Source: Pseudomonadota bacterium (GTDB lineage: Bacteria > Desulfobacterota > Desulfobulbia > Desulfobulbales > SURF-16). Taken from it: 64,000 bases of DNA. Where the stretch lies: the NCBI GenBank assembly GCA_043809085.1, contig JAZDEG010000028.1, positions 19,458 through 83,457 on the forward strand. Reading direction: 5' to 3'. Below are positions 8,022 through 16,767 of the stretch, piece by piece (positions within the stretch are counted from its first letter, which is position 1; every line of letters begins with the position of its first letter). The translations under genes and the position numbers were made by a program. The notes under the pieces were generated by a model, which was given only the letters and a program-made list of their open reading frames with translations, was not told the origin of the DNA and searched no databases.

Positions 8022-9803
8022 ATGCGTATATTACTTCTGGAAGACGCTCCGGTGATCAGCGCCCTGCTGACATCTCAACTCACCAAGATGGGACACACGG
8101 TTGACGCCGTTGAAAACGGACAGCAGGGCTTCCACAAGGCGACCTACCGCCATTACGATCTGGTCATTTCCGATATCGTCATGCCCAAATGGGACGGCTA
8201 CAAATTCATGGAGGCCATGCTGGTTATCGCCCCCCGATGTCCGATCATCGTCATCTCGTCAAGCGAAGAGGAAAAATCGGTGCGGGGCAAACTGAGCAAT
8301 TTTTCCAATGTGATCGGCTTTCTGCCCAAGCCGGTGAGGGCTGCTAAACTCGAAGAGCTTCTTGACAGGGTGAAACTCCACCATAATGAAAAGGTGCGCA
8401 AGCTGACCAGGATCGTCTGCACCCTGGGACCAGCTTCCGAATCGCCCGAGATATTAAGCAAAATAGTTTTGGCCGGCATGGACATCGCCCGCCTCAATTT
8501 CTCCCATGGCACTTACGAAGAGCATGAACGGCGACTGCTCGCCGTCCGCGCCGCGGAAGAAAAATGGTCGCGCCCCATTGCCGTTCTCATGGATCTCTGC
8601 GGCCCGAAACTCAGGACCGGTCCCATGCGGGACGGCGCCGTCATCCTTAAATACGGCACGAATGTCATTATCCAGGCGGAACCGATGCAAGGAACTTCAG
8701 AACGTTTTTCAACCATTGCGCCTGAGTTTCTCCGGGATCTGCGGGTGGGCGACCCGGTGTTGCTCGATGACGGGCTCCTTGAGCTCGCGGTTGAAAAGGC
8801 CGGGGAAAACGAGGTTGTCTGCCGGGTTGTTGCCGGCGGCGCACTGAAATCAAGCAAAGGCATCAATCTGCCCATCACTCCCCTTTCCCTGCCCAGCATT
8901 ACGGAAAAAGACAAACGTGATCTTGCCTGGGGCATGGAGCATTCCATCGATTTTGTCGCCCTCTCTTTTGTTCGTTCCGCACGGGAAATTCTGGAAATCA
9001 AAGAGCTCATCAGCCAGGGCAGACGGAAGATCAAAGTAGTGGCAAAGATAGAAAAGCCGGAAGCCGTTGAAAATATTGATGAGATTATCAAGGTAACGGA
9101 CGCCGTCATGATTGCCAGGGGTGATCTCGGCGTGGAACTGCCGGCCTCCAGGGTGCCGTGGATTCAGCGGGAAATCATCAGACGCTGCTGGCGGGCCAAC
9201 ATCCCGGTGATCACCGCAACCCAGATGCTTGAAAGCATGACCACGAATCACCGTCCCACCCGGGCGGAGGTAACGGATGTCAGTGTCGCCGTGCGGGAAG
9301 GAACCGATGCGGTTATGCTGTCAGGAGAAACCGCCATTGGCGTTAATCCGGTGAACGTGATACGCACCATGGCGGCGATCATCAGCGAAGAGGAGCTGCA
9401 CACCGAACCGGTCGAGGACCATTGTGAACTGCTCCGCAGCAACAAAGGATTCAATCCCGCCCTTGTTGCGGCGGCAAGCCTGGGCGACGCCACAGCCATC
9501 ATGGTGCTTGACCTGAAGGGGGAGATTTACCGGCACATGTCCAAATGGAACCGCTCAAAGCCCACCCTGCTGGTGACGAATTCGGTCCATGTGGCGCGCC
9601 ATTCCTGCATTTATAAGAATATCTCAACGATCATCATCAGGGAAAACCTTACCCGCGACCAGATCGTCATGCAGGCGCAGGAGGAAGCGCGGCAAAAGGG
9701 AGTGCTGGCAAAAGGCGACGTGCTGGCAGTGGTGGAAGGAGCGAGGCTTACCCAGGGCGGAATTCCCCAAACCGGTTCTTTCCAGCTCATTCAGGTGGAG
9801 TAA
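8022..9803 (+). CDS. pyk: Response-regulator receiver domain fused to full-length pyruvate kinase
   Basis: The N-terminus MRILLLEDAPV...YDLVISDIVMPKWDG...IIVISS...LPKP is an intact CheY-like REC. From aa ~127, KLTRIVCTLGPASESPEILSKIVLAGMDIARLNFSHG, MIARGDLGVELP and ATQMLESM are canonical pyruvate kinase motifs. ATG at 8022. Confidence 0.85.
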   Translation: MRILLLEDAPVISALLTSQLTKMGHTVDAVENGQQGFHKATYRHYDLVISDIVMPKWDGYKFMEAMLVIAPRCPIIVISSSEEEKSVRGKLSNFSNVIGFLPKPVRAAKLEELLDRVKLHHNEKVRKLTRIVCTLGPASESPEILSKIVLAGMDIARLNFSHGTYEEHERRLLAVRAAEEKWSRPIAVLMDLCGPKLRTGPMRDGAVILKYGTNVIIQAEPMQGTSERFSTIAPEFLRDLRVGDPVLLDDGLLELAVEKAGENEVVCRVVAGGALKSSKGINLPITPLSLPSITEKDKRDLAWGMEHSIDFVALSFVRSAREILEIKELISQGRRKIKVVAKIEKPEAVENIDEIIKVTDAVMIARGDLGVELPASRVPWIQREIIRRCWRANIPVITATQMLESMTTNHRPTRAEVTDVSVAVREGTDAVMLSGETAIGVNPVNVIRTMAAIISEEELHTEPVEDHCELLRSNKGFNPALVAAASLGDATAIMVLDLKGEIYRHMSKWNRSKPTLLVTNSVHVARHSCIYKNISTIIIRENLTRDQIVMQAQEEARQKGVLAKGDVLAVVEGARLTQGGIPQTGSFQLIQVE

Positions 9804-9881
9804 GGGAGGAGAAAGGCCGAAAAGGGTTTGACTTCAGGGAGTTCTCGTTTACACCCAAAGCCCGGGAAAGCTCACGAGTAT

Positions 9882-10160
9882 TCACCCATCCTCCTCATTT
9901 TTTCCGGCCTGCATCCGCACCTTCTCCACGATCTCAACAAGAGACACCATTTTCGGTTTTGGCGGCTGAAAAACAGACTCCCGCTCTTCCGCCGAATAAT
10001 TTACTTCGACAAATTCCCTGATGGGCAACCTCTTGAACCAGCAGTCCAGGATTCTGCCGCACGGCAGATTTCCATTCATGGTCCGGCAATAATGGAAGGG
10101 AAACACATGCCCCAGCATGCGGCAATACCCTTCTGTTTCATCATATTGATCAATCATCAC
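9882..10160 (-). CDS. Hypothetical small Cys-rich protein (92 aa)
   Basis: The ORF has four Cys in its N-terminal 40 aa (C13, C25, C34, C40; YCRMLGHVFPFHYCRTMNGNLPCGRILDCW). It starts 12 nt after the upstream gene on the same strand. The overlapping + strand ORF translates to low-quality sequence. I recognise no family. Confidence 0.45.
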   Translation of the reverse strand: MMIDQYDETEGYCRMLGHVFPFHYCRTMNGNLPCGRILDCWFKRLPIREFVEVNYSAEERESVFQPPKPKMVSLVEIVEKVRMQAGKNEEDG

Positions 10161-10172
10161 GAAACATCCTTT

Positions 10173-10520
10173 TCAGCGCTGAAACTCACGGAATCTGGCG
10201 TCAAAGGCCTCGATATTTTCAATGCGGATCAATGCATCACTGAAATCATTGCCATCAAGCTTTTCCAGATGGAGGAGATGATCACCCACTCCCTTGACAA
10301 AGCCGGCAAGGTTTTTTCCGGAAGCAAGGGTTACGGAAATTTTTTTGCCGGTAAATAATTTCAAATTATCTTCCAGGGTTGCGTTTACATTATAGTTCAT
10401 TCCTCCAATGGCAATTACTTCGGCCTTGGCATGTGCCAAGGGTGAATGAAGCAAAGCGGCAAAAAGAAGCAGCGTTGAGAACGTTGCAATAAGGTGAGGT
10501 TTCCGGCTGATTTTTTTCAT
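10173..10520 (-). CDS. Hypothetical secreted protein (115 aa) with cleavable signal peptide
   Basis: The N-terminus MKKISRKPHLIATFSTLLLFAALLHSPLAHA-KAE is a typical Sec signal. The mature ~85 aa has a beta-rich pattern (GKKISVTLASGKNLAGFVKGVGDHLLHLEKL). I recognise no family. Confidence 0.55.
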   Translation of the reverse strand: MKKISRKPHLIATFSTLLLFAALLHSPLAHAKAEVIAIGGMNYNVNATLEDNLKLFTGKKISVTLASGKNLAGFVKGVGDHLLHLEKLDGNDFSDALIRIENIEAFDARFREFQR

Positions 10521-10645
10521 AAATTTCCCCCTCTGTTTTCCGTTTTAATTTGTTTCCATTCTTGGAGCTATTGCAGCTGCAACCATTTCCGGCAGACATA
10601 AAAATGAATACGTTTTCGCGGACATCTCTTGAACAAGTGCGCTGG

Positions 10646-11470
10646 TTACCCCAGGGCCACGTCAAGCATCATCATGACGGTGAAGCCGGTCATGGTGGCC
10701 ATAGTGACGATATCGATATGCTTGTGATTGCTCTGGGATTCGGGGATCAGTTCTTCAACCACGACAAAAATCATGGCCCCGGCAGCAAAGCAAAGGGCAT
10801 ACGGAAGAACGGACTGCATCTGCAGAACAAAATAAGCGCCCATCACTCCTGCGACCGGCTCAACCATGCCGGAATACTGCCCCATGAGAAAGCTTTTCCA
10901 GCGCCCCATCCCCTCCCGCCGCAAAGGCATGGAGACCGCCGCTCCTTCGGGGAAATTCTGCAGGCCGATGCCGATGGCAAGGGCAATGGCCCCACCGATG
11001 GTGGCCGAAGGAAGGCCTGCGGCCGCAGCCCCGAAAGCGACGCCGACCGCCATTCCTTCGGGGATATTGTGCAGGGTGATAGCCAGCACCAGCAGGGTGC
11101 TGCGCTGCCAGGATGTTTTTATTCCCTCGCTTTCCGACATGGCAAGACCGGGATGGAGATGCGGCAGAACCTTGTCGATCAGGCGCATGAAAATACCACC
11201 GCCGAGGAATCCTATGGCTGCGGTCAGCCAGGCGATGTTGCCCATATTTTCCGCCATTTCGATGCCGGGCGCAAGCAGAGACCAGAAGCTTGCGGCGATC
11301 ATGACCCCGGCGGCAAAACCGAGCATGCAATCCATCACTTTGGCATTCACTTTTTTGGTGGTGAAAACAAGGGCCGCTCCCGCCGCCGTCACCAGCCAGG
11401 TAAAGATTGTTGCCAGAAACGCCTGCATGACGGGATGGAACTGCTGCACATACTCGATCATGTTTTGCAT
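10646..11470 (-). CDS. zupT: ZIP-family divalent metal (zinc) transporter, ZupT-like
   Basis: Eight hydrophobic segments and the ZIP signatures [19 protein letters not shown] and [17 protein letters not shown]. Confidence 0.85.
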   Translation of the reverse strand: MQNMIEYVQQFHPVMQAFLATIFTWLVTAAGAALVFTTKKVNAKVMDCMLGFAAGVMIAASFWSLLAPGIEMAENMGNIAWLTAAIGFLGGGIFMRLIDKVLPHLHPGLAMSESEGIKTSWQRSTLLVLAITLHNIPEGMAVGVAFGAAAAGLPSATIGGAIALAIGIGLQNFPEGAAVSMPLRREGMGRWKSFLMGQYSGMVEPVAGVMGAYFVLQMQSVLPYALCFAAGAMIFVVVEELIPESQSNHKHIDIVTMATMTGFTVMMMLDVALG

Positions 11471-11601
11471 ATCCTGTAAATGGAATTGTTTATTTTATTT
11501 GCCAAGGAATATCACTCAATATACCAAGTTCCCATAAAACGGGACAACTTTTTCCGGCAGGCCTTTCTTTCCTTGCCATCCACGCAAATAGAGTTGAAAT
11601 C

Positions 11602-11634
11602 AAAAAAAAAAGGCAAACGATTTCTCGTTTGCCT
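11602..11634 (-). terminator. Rho-independent terminator downstream of the 83-aa gene
   Basis: A perfect 10-bp stem (aggcaaacga / tcgtttgcct, 11611-11620 / 11625-11634) with a 4-nt loop. On the minus strand it is followed by a 9-U tract (A-run 11602-11610). Confidence 0.6.
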
Positions 11635-11665
11635 CGCAGATCACATTATTTGAATTTTGATTTTA

Positions 11666-11917
11666 TTAATGAATCAGCCCAAGATTTGTCCGCAACTGGG
11701 CGATCTGCAGTCCAAGTGAAATGCACTGCTCCCCCTCCATACATTTGTCTGCATCGGGAATTTCCAGAAATGTCTTGAGATGATGGTCTTCCTTCTTCAA
11801 ATCAACGACCCAGGCCCGGTTGTCAAAATCATACTCGACATCCAGATCAATCCCGCAAACTCCGATTTCCGGAAACACCTCTCTGATTTTTTCGCACAAT
11901 TCTTTTTTGCTATGCAT
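11666..11917 (-). CDS. Hypothetical small protein (83 aa)
   Basis: An isolated ORF with an ATG start, followed by a strong terminator. The translation looks like a normal soluble protein (MHSKKELCEKIREVFPEIGVCGIDLDVEYDFDNRAWVVDLKKEDHHLKTFLEIPDADKC). I recognise no family. Confidence 0.5.
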   Translation of the reverse strand: MHSKKELCEKIREVFPEIGVCGIDLDVEYDFDNRAWVVDLKKEDHHLKTFLEIPDADKCMEGEQCISLGLQIAQLRTNLGLIH

Positions 11918-12024
11918 AAGTCCACCTCCTTATCATCATTTGAAGGATTCTCTATTTTGCAGCTAATGATACTATAATAACTAATAACAAAAATACAACC
12001 GATGGCGAAAAATTCAGACTCCTG

Positions 12025-12918
12025 CTACAGGGTTTCCGGCGTAAAGGAAACAACCTCAGCGATGCTCCTTGCCCCGCACAGCAGCATTACCAGACGATCC
12101 ACACCAAGGGCAACGCCTGCGGCTGATTCAACCGCAGGGAGATCGGCGAGAAACTTTTGGGGCATCGGCCCGGGATTGCGCCCTTGGAGGATGATAAGCT
12201 CTCTCTCCTTGCTAAAACGCGCCTGCTGTTCGTGAGCATCAGTCAACTCGGAAAAGCCGTTGGCAAGCTCAACACCATTGACATAGAGTTCAAATCGCTC
12301 GGCCAGTGACGGATCGTCTTTTTTCAGACGGGCAAGGGCCCCCAGTTCGGCTGGGTAGTCATGGAGGAAGGTCGGCCTGACGATCCCGAGATGGGGTTCG
12401 ACATAGCGCACGAGGATTTCGTCAAAAATATCCCGAAGCAACGCCTCTTCGATGAGAATAGGCGCATGGAGGGCAAATGCCCGGCTGACGGTCAGATACT
12501 CCCAGTCCGCATCGGTCAACAGCAGACGGACGTCGGCAGGAAGGGGGAAATCCAGGTGAAAGGCAAGAAAACGCAGCAACTCGGCGCATTCAGCCATTAA
12601 TTCACGGTAATCAAAACCGGCGCGATACCATTCGAGCATGGTGAATTCCGGAAGATGCAGGTCGCCCCGTTCTCTTCTGCGGAAACATTTACAGATCTGA
12701 AATATCTTGTTGTGACCCGCGGCCAGCAGCCGCTTCATGCAGAGTTCGGGTGATGTCTGAAGAAACCAGCCGGATGACTCTTCCGGTTCGATATAACGTT
12801 CAGGAATGATTGCGGGAAGGCGAACAGGAGTATCCACTTCCAGATACCCCTGTTCCATAAAAAACGAGCGGATGGCCCGGAGTATCCCGGCCCTTTCAGC
12901 AAGAAAGCGCACCGCCAA
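12025..12918 (-). CDS. epmA: Elongation factor P--(R)-beta-lysine ligase (EpmA/GenX/PoxA, truncated class II LysRS paralog)
   Basis: Class II aaRS motifs in an EpmA-like arrangement: LEVDTP, TSPELCMKRLLAAG, FRRRERGDLHLPEFTMLEWY, ELANGFSELTD, GVALGVDRLVMLL. It starts (TTG) 5 nt after the efp stop. Confidence 0.85.
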   Translation of the reverse strand: MAVRFLAERAGILRAIRSFFMEQGYLEVDTPVRLPAIIPERYIEPEESSGWFLQTSPELCMKRLLAAGHNKIFQICKCFRRRERGDLHLPEFTMLEWYRAGFDYRELMAECAELLRFLAFHLDFPLPADVRLLLTDADWEYLTVSRAFALHAPILIEEALLRDIFDEILVRYVEPHLGIVRPTFLHDYPAELGALARLKKDDPSLAERFELYVNGVELANGFSELTDAHEQQARFSKERELIILQGRNPGPMPQKFLADLPAVESAAGVALGVDRLVMLLCGARSIAEVVSFTPETL

Positions 12919-12923
12919 AGAGA

Positions 12924-13487
12924 TTATTCCTTGACCCTGGTGATATACTCCCCGGTGCGGGTATCTATCTGTAGCAAATCGCCTTCTTCAACAAAGGGAG
13001 GAACCTGCAGGATGAAGCCCGTTTGCACCGTGACCGGCTTGGTATCGGTGCCGCTGGTGTCACCCTTGGCCCAGGGATCGGCCCGGATTACCTTGAGATT
13101 AACGAAGTTCGGCAGCGTAACGCCGATGGGCCGCTCCTTGAAAAGGAGAATGTCCACGTCCATGTTGTCGATCATGAAATTGATGCTGTCCCCCAGCTGT
13201 TCCTTGCTGATGGCGAGCTGCTCATAGCTCTTGTTGTCCATGAAGTGAAACTCCTCTCCCTGGGAGTAAAGATACTGCATGGTGCGCTCTTCCAGGGGTG
13301 CCTTCTGAAACTTGTCGTTGGAACGGAAAGTTTTTTCAAAGGCATTGCCGGTAACCATGTTTTTCAGCCGGGTACGATACAGGGCCTGGCCCTTGCCGGG
13401 CTTTGAAAACTGAAAATCCGTGACAATGTAGGGCTCACCGTCTATTTCAACCTTTAAACCTTTGCGTAAATCTGATGCGGTATACAT
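12924..13487 (-). CDS. efp: Translation elongation factor P
   Basis: MYTASDLRKGLKVEIDGEPYIVTDFQFSKPGKGQALYRTRLKN carries the conserved modified Lys in the KPGKGQA loop. The length of 187 aa is typical. Confidence 0.95.
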   Translation of the reverse strand: MYTASDLRKGLKVEIDGEPYIVTDFQFSKPGKGQALYRTRLKNMVTGNAFEKTFRSNDKFQKAPLEERTMQYLYSQGEEFHFMDNKSYEQLAISKEQLGDSINFMIDNMDVDILLFKERPIGVTLPNFVNLKVIRADPWAKGDTSGTDTKPVTVQTGFILQVPPFVEEGDLLQIDTRTGEYITRVKE

Positions 13488-13617
13488 AATTCAACTCCAA
13501 ACAGAACAAAAAAATTTGATTATCATCAATATTCAGCCGTTTCATGCCGTCATGCAAAAAAATACGGCTGCCCGGCTCATCAGCAACGGCCCTTTCTACC
13601 CTAATCCACGCACTTTT

Positions 13618-13983
13618 TCAAGCAGAGACAACTTCTTTTTTGGAAATAGCCTCGGCCTTGATTCGATCGAGCAGACCGGCAAGTACCGGTTTGACGTTTT
13701 CCCTCAGATCGCCGGCAACCACGATAAAGAGAAGATCATCACCGGGCTGGAAGCGACCTGCCTTTGCCTCAATGATAATTTCAAAAATTCCCGGCCGCAT
13801 TAAAAACTCCTGCCTGATCTCCTCGATTTTCTCAGGGTCCGGAGTAACCTCAAGAGAGGAGACCTCCTCCTTGCTTTTCCTCGACCAGGAGCGCACCACC
13901 CCGTTATGGACAAGCACCATGCCGACGTTTTTGGCAAACTCCGGGTTCTGTTTCATTGCTGCTATTGTCTTTGAAATATCCAT
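13618..13983 (-). CDS. MoaE-like (molybdopterin synthase catalytic-subunit-like) small protein
   Basis: Collinear with the MoaE core: VLVHNGVVRSWS (cf. VTFTGKVRN), GRFQPGDDLLFIVVAGDLRENV (cf. GELWPGDEIVFVGVTSAHR) and LLDRIKAEAISKKE (cf. DYLKTRAPFWKRE). It is shorter than canonical MoaE. Confidence 0.55.
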   Translation of the reverse strand: MDISKTIAAMKQNPEFAKNVGMVLVHNGVVRSWSRKSKEEVSSLEVTPDPEKIEEIRQEFLMRPGIFEIIIEAKAGRFQPGDDLLFIVVAGDLRENVKPVLAGLLDRIKAEAISKKEVVSA

Positions 13984-14121
13984 GGCCTCCCCTTTGTTTT
14001 CATGGAAGAGTTATCCCCTGCGGGACGAAGGCAGCTGTTTACGGGGCCGCTTACCGGCACAAGAATGGTTTCTTTCCGCGATCCTGAAACAACGGACCGG
14101 AAACTGTTAACCAGCGACTTC

Positions 14122-16767
14122 TCACTCCGCATTGAGGCTCTTTGTCGCCACTTCATACACATCCTTGGACAGATTTTCCCCGTCCAGTATCCGCTTGAGC
14201 TCTCTTTTCATCAATTTCTGCCGATCTTTATCAAAACGGCGCCAGCGGCTCAGCGGCGACACCATCCGGGCGGCTATCTGGGGATTCATGCCGTTCAATT
14301 CGAGCACCCGATCAGCCAGGAATGTGTATCCGGCGCCGCTTTTTTCATGGAAACAGAGCTGATTGCCGGAACAGAAAGCGCCGATGAGCGATCGCACCTT
14401 GTTCGGATTTTTTATGGAAAAGGCGGGATGACGCATGAGCCATTTGACTTCGGACAATGTTTCCGGCAGAGGAGCGGTGGCCTGCAGAGAAAACCACTTG
14501 TCCAGAACAAGGGTGTCCTTCTGCCACTGTCCATAGAAGGAAACGAGAACACCCTTTCTCTCCGGGCAGTCAGGGTTGTGAACAATGCTTTGCAGGGCGG
14601 CCAGCACATCGGTCATGTTGTCGGCCTGCTCGAACTGTCGCAGACACTGATCCATCACATCCGGGTCATTGAGCTGCATGAGATAGGAAAGGGCGACATT
14701 TTTCAGGCTTCGCCGCCCCGCGCTCTGCTGGTCATAGCGGTAGGGAGAAGTGTCGCTGAAGTTCCGGTAGAGTTCGGCAAACAGTTCCTGTAACTGCTCG
14801 GCCAAGGTGCGGCGGACAAAAAGCCTTGCCTGGTGGATCGCCTCCACATCGATCACATCGAGCTGTTCCCCCAGATATTTTTCCGACGGCAGAGCGAGAA
14901 GCTGGGCAAGAAAAGCAGGATCAGCCTTATCCGCCTGACCGAGAAGATCGCTGAAAACCGTAATAAAATTTTCAGCCAGCTGCAATTTTGCGCCATTTCC
15001 GATATCATCAATCAGGCCGAGAAGAATACGGCAGGCCAGTCTCTGCCCCGCCTCCCAGCGGCAGAATGGGTCGGCATCATTGGCCAGCAAAAAAACCAGT
15101 TCATCTTCCGTGTAGCCGTAATGGAGCTTTACCGGCGCACTGAAGCCGCGCAGCAGAGAGGGAACCGGCTTATCAGGGATCGTTTCAAAAACAAAGGACT
15201 GTTCACTTTTGGTCAGGTCAAGGACAAGCGTCTCGCCCTGCTTTCCCTGACAGGACAGGGGGATATCGTTCCCCGCGCCGTCCAGCAGCCCCACTGCGAC
15301 GGGAATATGAAAAGAAGGCTTGTCCTTCTGGCCCGGAGTGGAAGGACAACTCTGGCGCATCTCAAGAATACATGTTCCCCCTTGCGGATCATAGGAAGAA
15401 GTGACCCGGACCTCCGGGGTTCCGGCCTGGCTGTACCAGTTGCGGAACTGACTCAGATCAATCGGCCCACCATCCTCCATGGAGCGGATAAACTCATCGC
15501 AGGTAACGGCCTGACCGTCATGCCGGGCAAAGTAAAGATCCATTCCCCGCCGAAACCCATCGGCGCCAAGCAGGGTGTGCATCATGCGGATCAGCTCGGC
15601 CCCTTTTTCATACACCGTCACCGTATAGAAATTGTTGATTTCGATATAGGAATCAGGGCGGACGGGATGGGCCATGGGGCCGCCGTCCTCGATGAACTGA
15701 AAATTGCGCAGCATGGTCACATCATGCAGACGCTTCACCGCGCCGGAGGTCATATCGGCGGAAAACTGCTGATCGCGGAAAACGGTAAGCCCTTCCTTCA
15801 GACTGAGCTGAAACCAGTCCCGACAAGTGATGCGATTGCCGGTCCAGTTATGAAAATACTCATGGGCGATCACCCCCTCGATGCCGGCATAATCGTCGTC
15901 GGTTGCCGTCTCGGGGCGGGCCAGCACATATTTGGAGTTGAAGACATTGAGCCCCTTGTTTTCCATGGCGCCCATATTGAAATCATCCACCGCCACGATC
16001 ATATAGAGATCCAGATCATATTCAAGGCCGAAAACCTGTTCATCCCAGCGCATGGCCTTTTTGAGCGACTGCATGGCATGGTCGCACTTGTCGCCGTTGT
16101 GGCTCTGGGCATAGATATGCAGATCAACTTTGCGGCCCGAAGCCGTTGTAAAGGTGTCTTCTATACGGACAAGATCGCCGGCAACCAGGGCAAAGAGATA
16201 ACAGGGCTTGGGAAAAGGATCATGCCATTTGGCGTAGTGGCGGTCGCCGCCGGCTTCCCTTTTTTCCACCAGATTGCCGTTGGCCAGCAGCACCGGAATG
16301 GATTTATCCGCCTCGATGGTGGTGGTATAGCGGCTCATCACATCCGGCCGGTCCAGAAAATAGGTAATCTTTCTGAACCCCTGGGCTTCGCACTGGGTGC
16401 AAAAGTTGCCGCTTGACTGATAGAGTCCCTCAAGCGACGTATTATTCCGGGGGCGGATCAGGGTGGTGATCTCCAGGATGAATTTTTCCGGCGGATGCAA
16501 AATGGTGAGGGATTCTTCATCCAGTCGGTATTCATTCTTTTTAAGCTTCCTGTTGTCCAGAAAAACGGAGAGCAGCTCCAGCTCCTCTCCGTCGAGGACA
16601 AGGGGAGGAGCTTCGTGCCCATTGGTTCCGTTGCGTCGGCAATGCAGGCGGGAGATGACAAGGGTCTGCTCATCTCCAAGGGAAAAAGAAAGATCCACCT
16701 CGTCAATCAGGTATAATGGCGGTGAATAATCCTCGCGATATTTTATTTCAGGCGCTTTCGACTTCAT
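14122..16767 (-). CDS. pepN: Aminopeptidase N (M1 family zinc metallopeptidase)
   Basis: GAMENKGLN exopeptidase motif and HEYFHNWTGNRITCRDWFQLSLKEGLT (HExxH-x18-E). 881 aa. The start overlaps the upstream gene's stop by 4 nt. Confidence 0.95.
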   Translation of the reverse strand: MKSKAPEIKYREDYSPPLYLIDEVDLSFSLGDEQTLVISRLHCRRNGTNGHEAPPLVLDGEELELLSVFLDNRKLKKNEYRLDEESLTILHPPEKFILEITTLIRPRNNTSLEGLYQSSGNFCTQCEAQGFRKITYFLDRPDVMSRYTTTIEADKSIPVLLANGNLVEKREAGGDRHYAKWHDPFPKPCYLFALVAGDLVRIEDTFTTASGRKVDLHIYAQSHNGDKCDHAMQSLKKAMRWDEQVFGLEYDLDLYMIVAVDDFNMGAMENKGLNVFNSKYVLARPETATDDDYAGIEGVIAHEYFHNWTGNRITCRDWFQLSLKEGLTVFRDQQFSADMTSGAVKRLHDVTMLRNFQFIEDGGPMAHPVRPDSYIEINNFYTVTVYEKGAELIRMMHTLLGADGFRRGMDLYFARHDGQAVTCDEFIRSMEDGGPIDLSQFRNWYSQAGTPEVRVTSSYDPQGGTCILEMRQSCPSTPGQKDKPSFHIPVAVGLLDGAGNDIPLSCQGKQGETLVLDLTKSEQSFVFETIPDKPVPSLLRGFSAPVKLHYGYTEDELVFLLANDADPFCRWEAGQRLACRILLGLIDDIGNGAKLQLAENFITVFSDLLGQADKADPAFLAQLLALPSEKYLGEQLDVIDVEAIHQARLFVRRTLAEQLQELFAELYRNFSDTSPYRYDQQSAGRRSLKNVALSYLMQLNDPDVMDQCLRQFEQADNMTDVLAALQSIVHNPDCPERKGVLVSFYGQWQKDTLVLDKWFSLQATAPLPETLSEVKWLMRHPAFSIKNPNKVRSLIGAFCSGNQLCFHEKSGAGYTFLADRVLELNGMNPQIAARMVSPLSRWRRFDKDRQKLMKRELKRILDGENLSKDVYEVATKSLNAE

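Noticed and set aside
9828-10358. A 176-aa plus-strand ORF spanning the two small minus-strand genes.
   Set aside because: The translation is implausible (His/Phe/Ile-rich, no motifs). The minus-strand ORFs have a signal peptide and tight operon spacing. Confidence in the minus-strand calls is still only moderate.
14833-16416. A 527-aa plus-strand ORF opposite pepN. Similar long antisense ORFs occur opposite other genes (143-1012, 1535-2428, 10550-11479, 17538-18392, 18812-20113, 23006-23854, 34028-34969, 36612-37307, 39344-39946, 41227-41946, 54621-55595, 56553-57380, 58243-59514, 59695-60798, 60799-61788).
   Set aside because: Each lies fully inside a gene on the other strand that has unambiguous family motifs. 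Their translations are Arg/Gly/His/Pro-rich with no recognisable motifs, as expected for stop-poor antisense frames.
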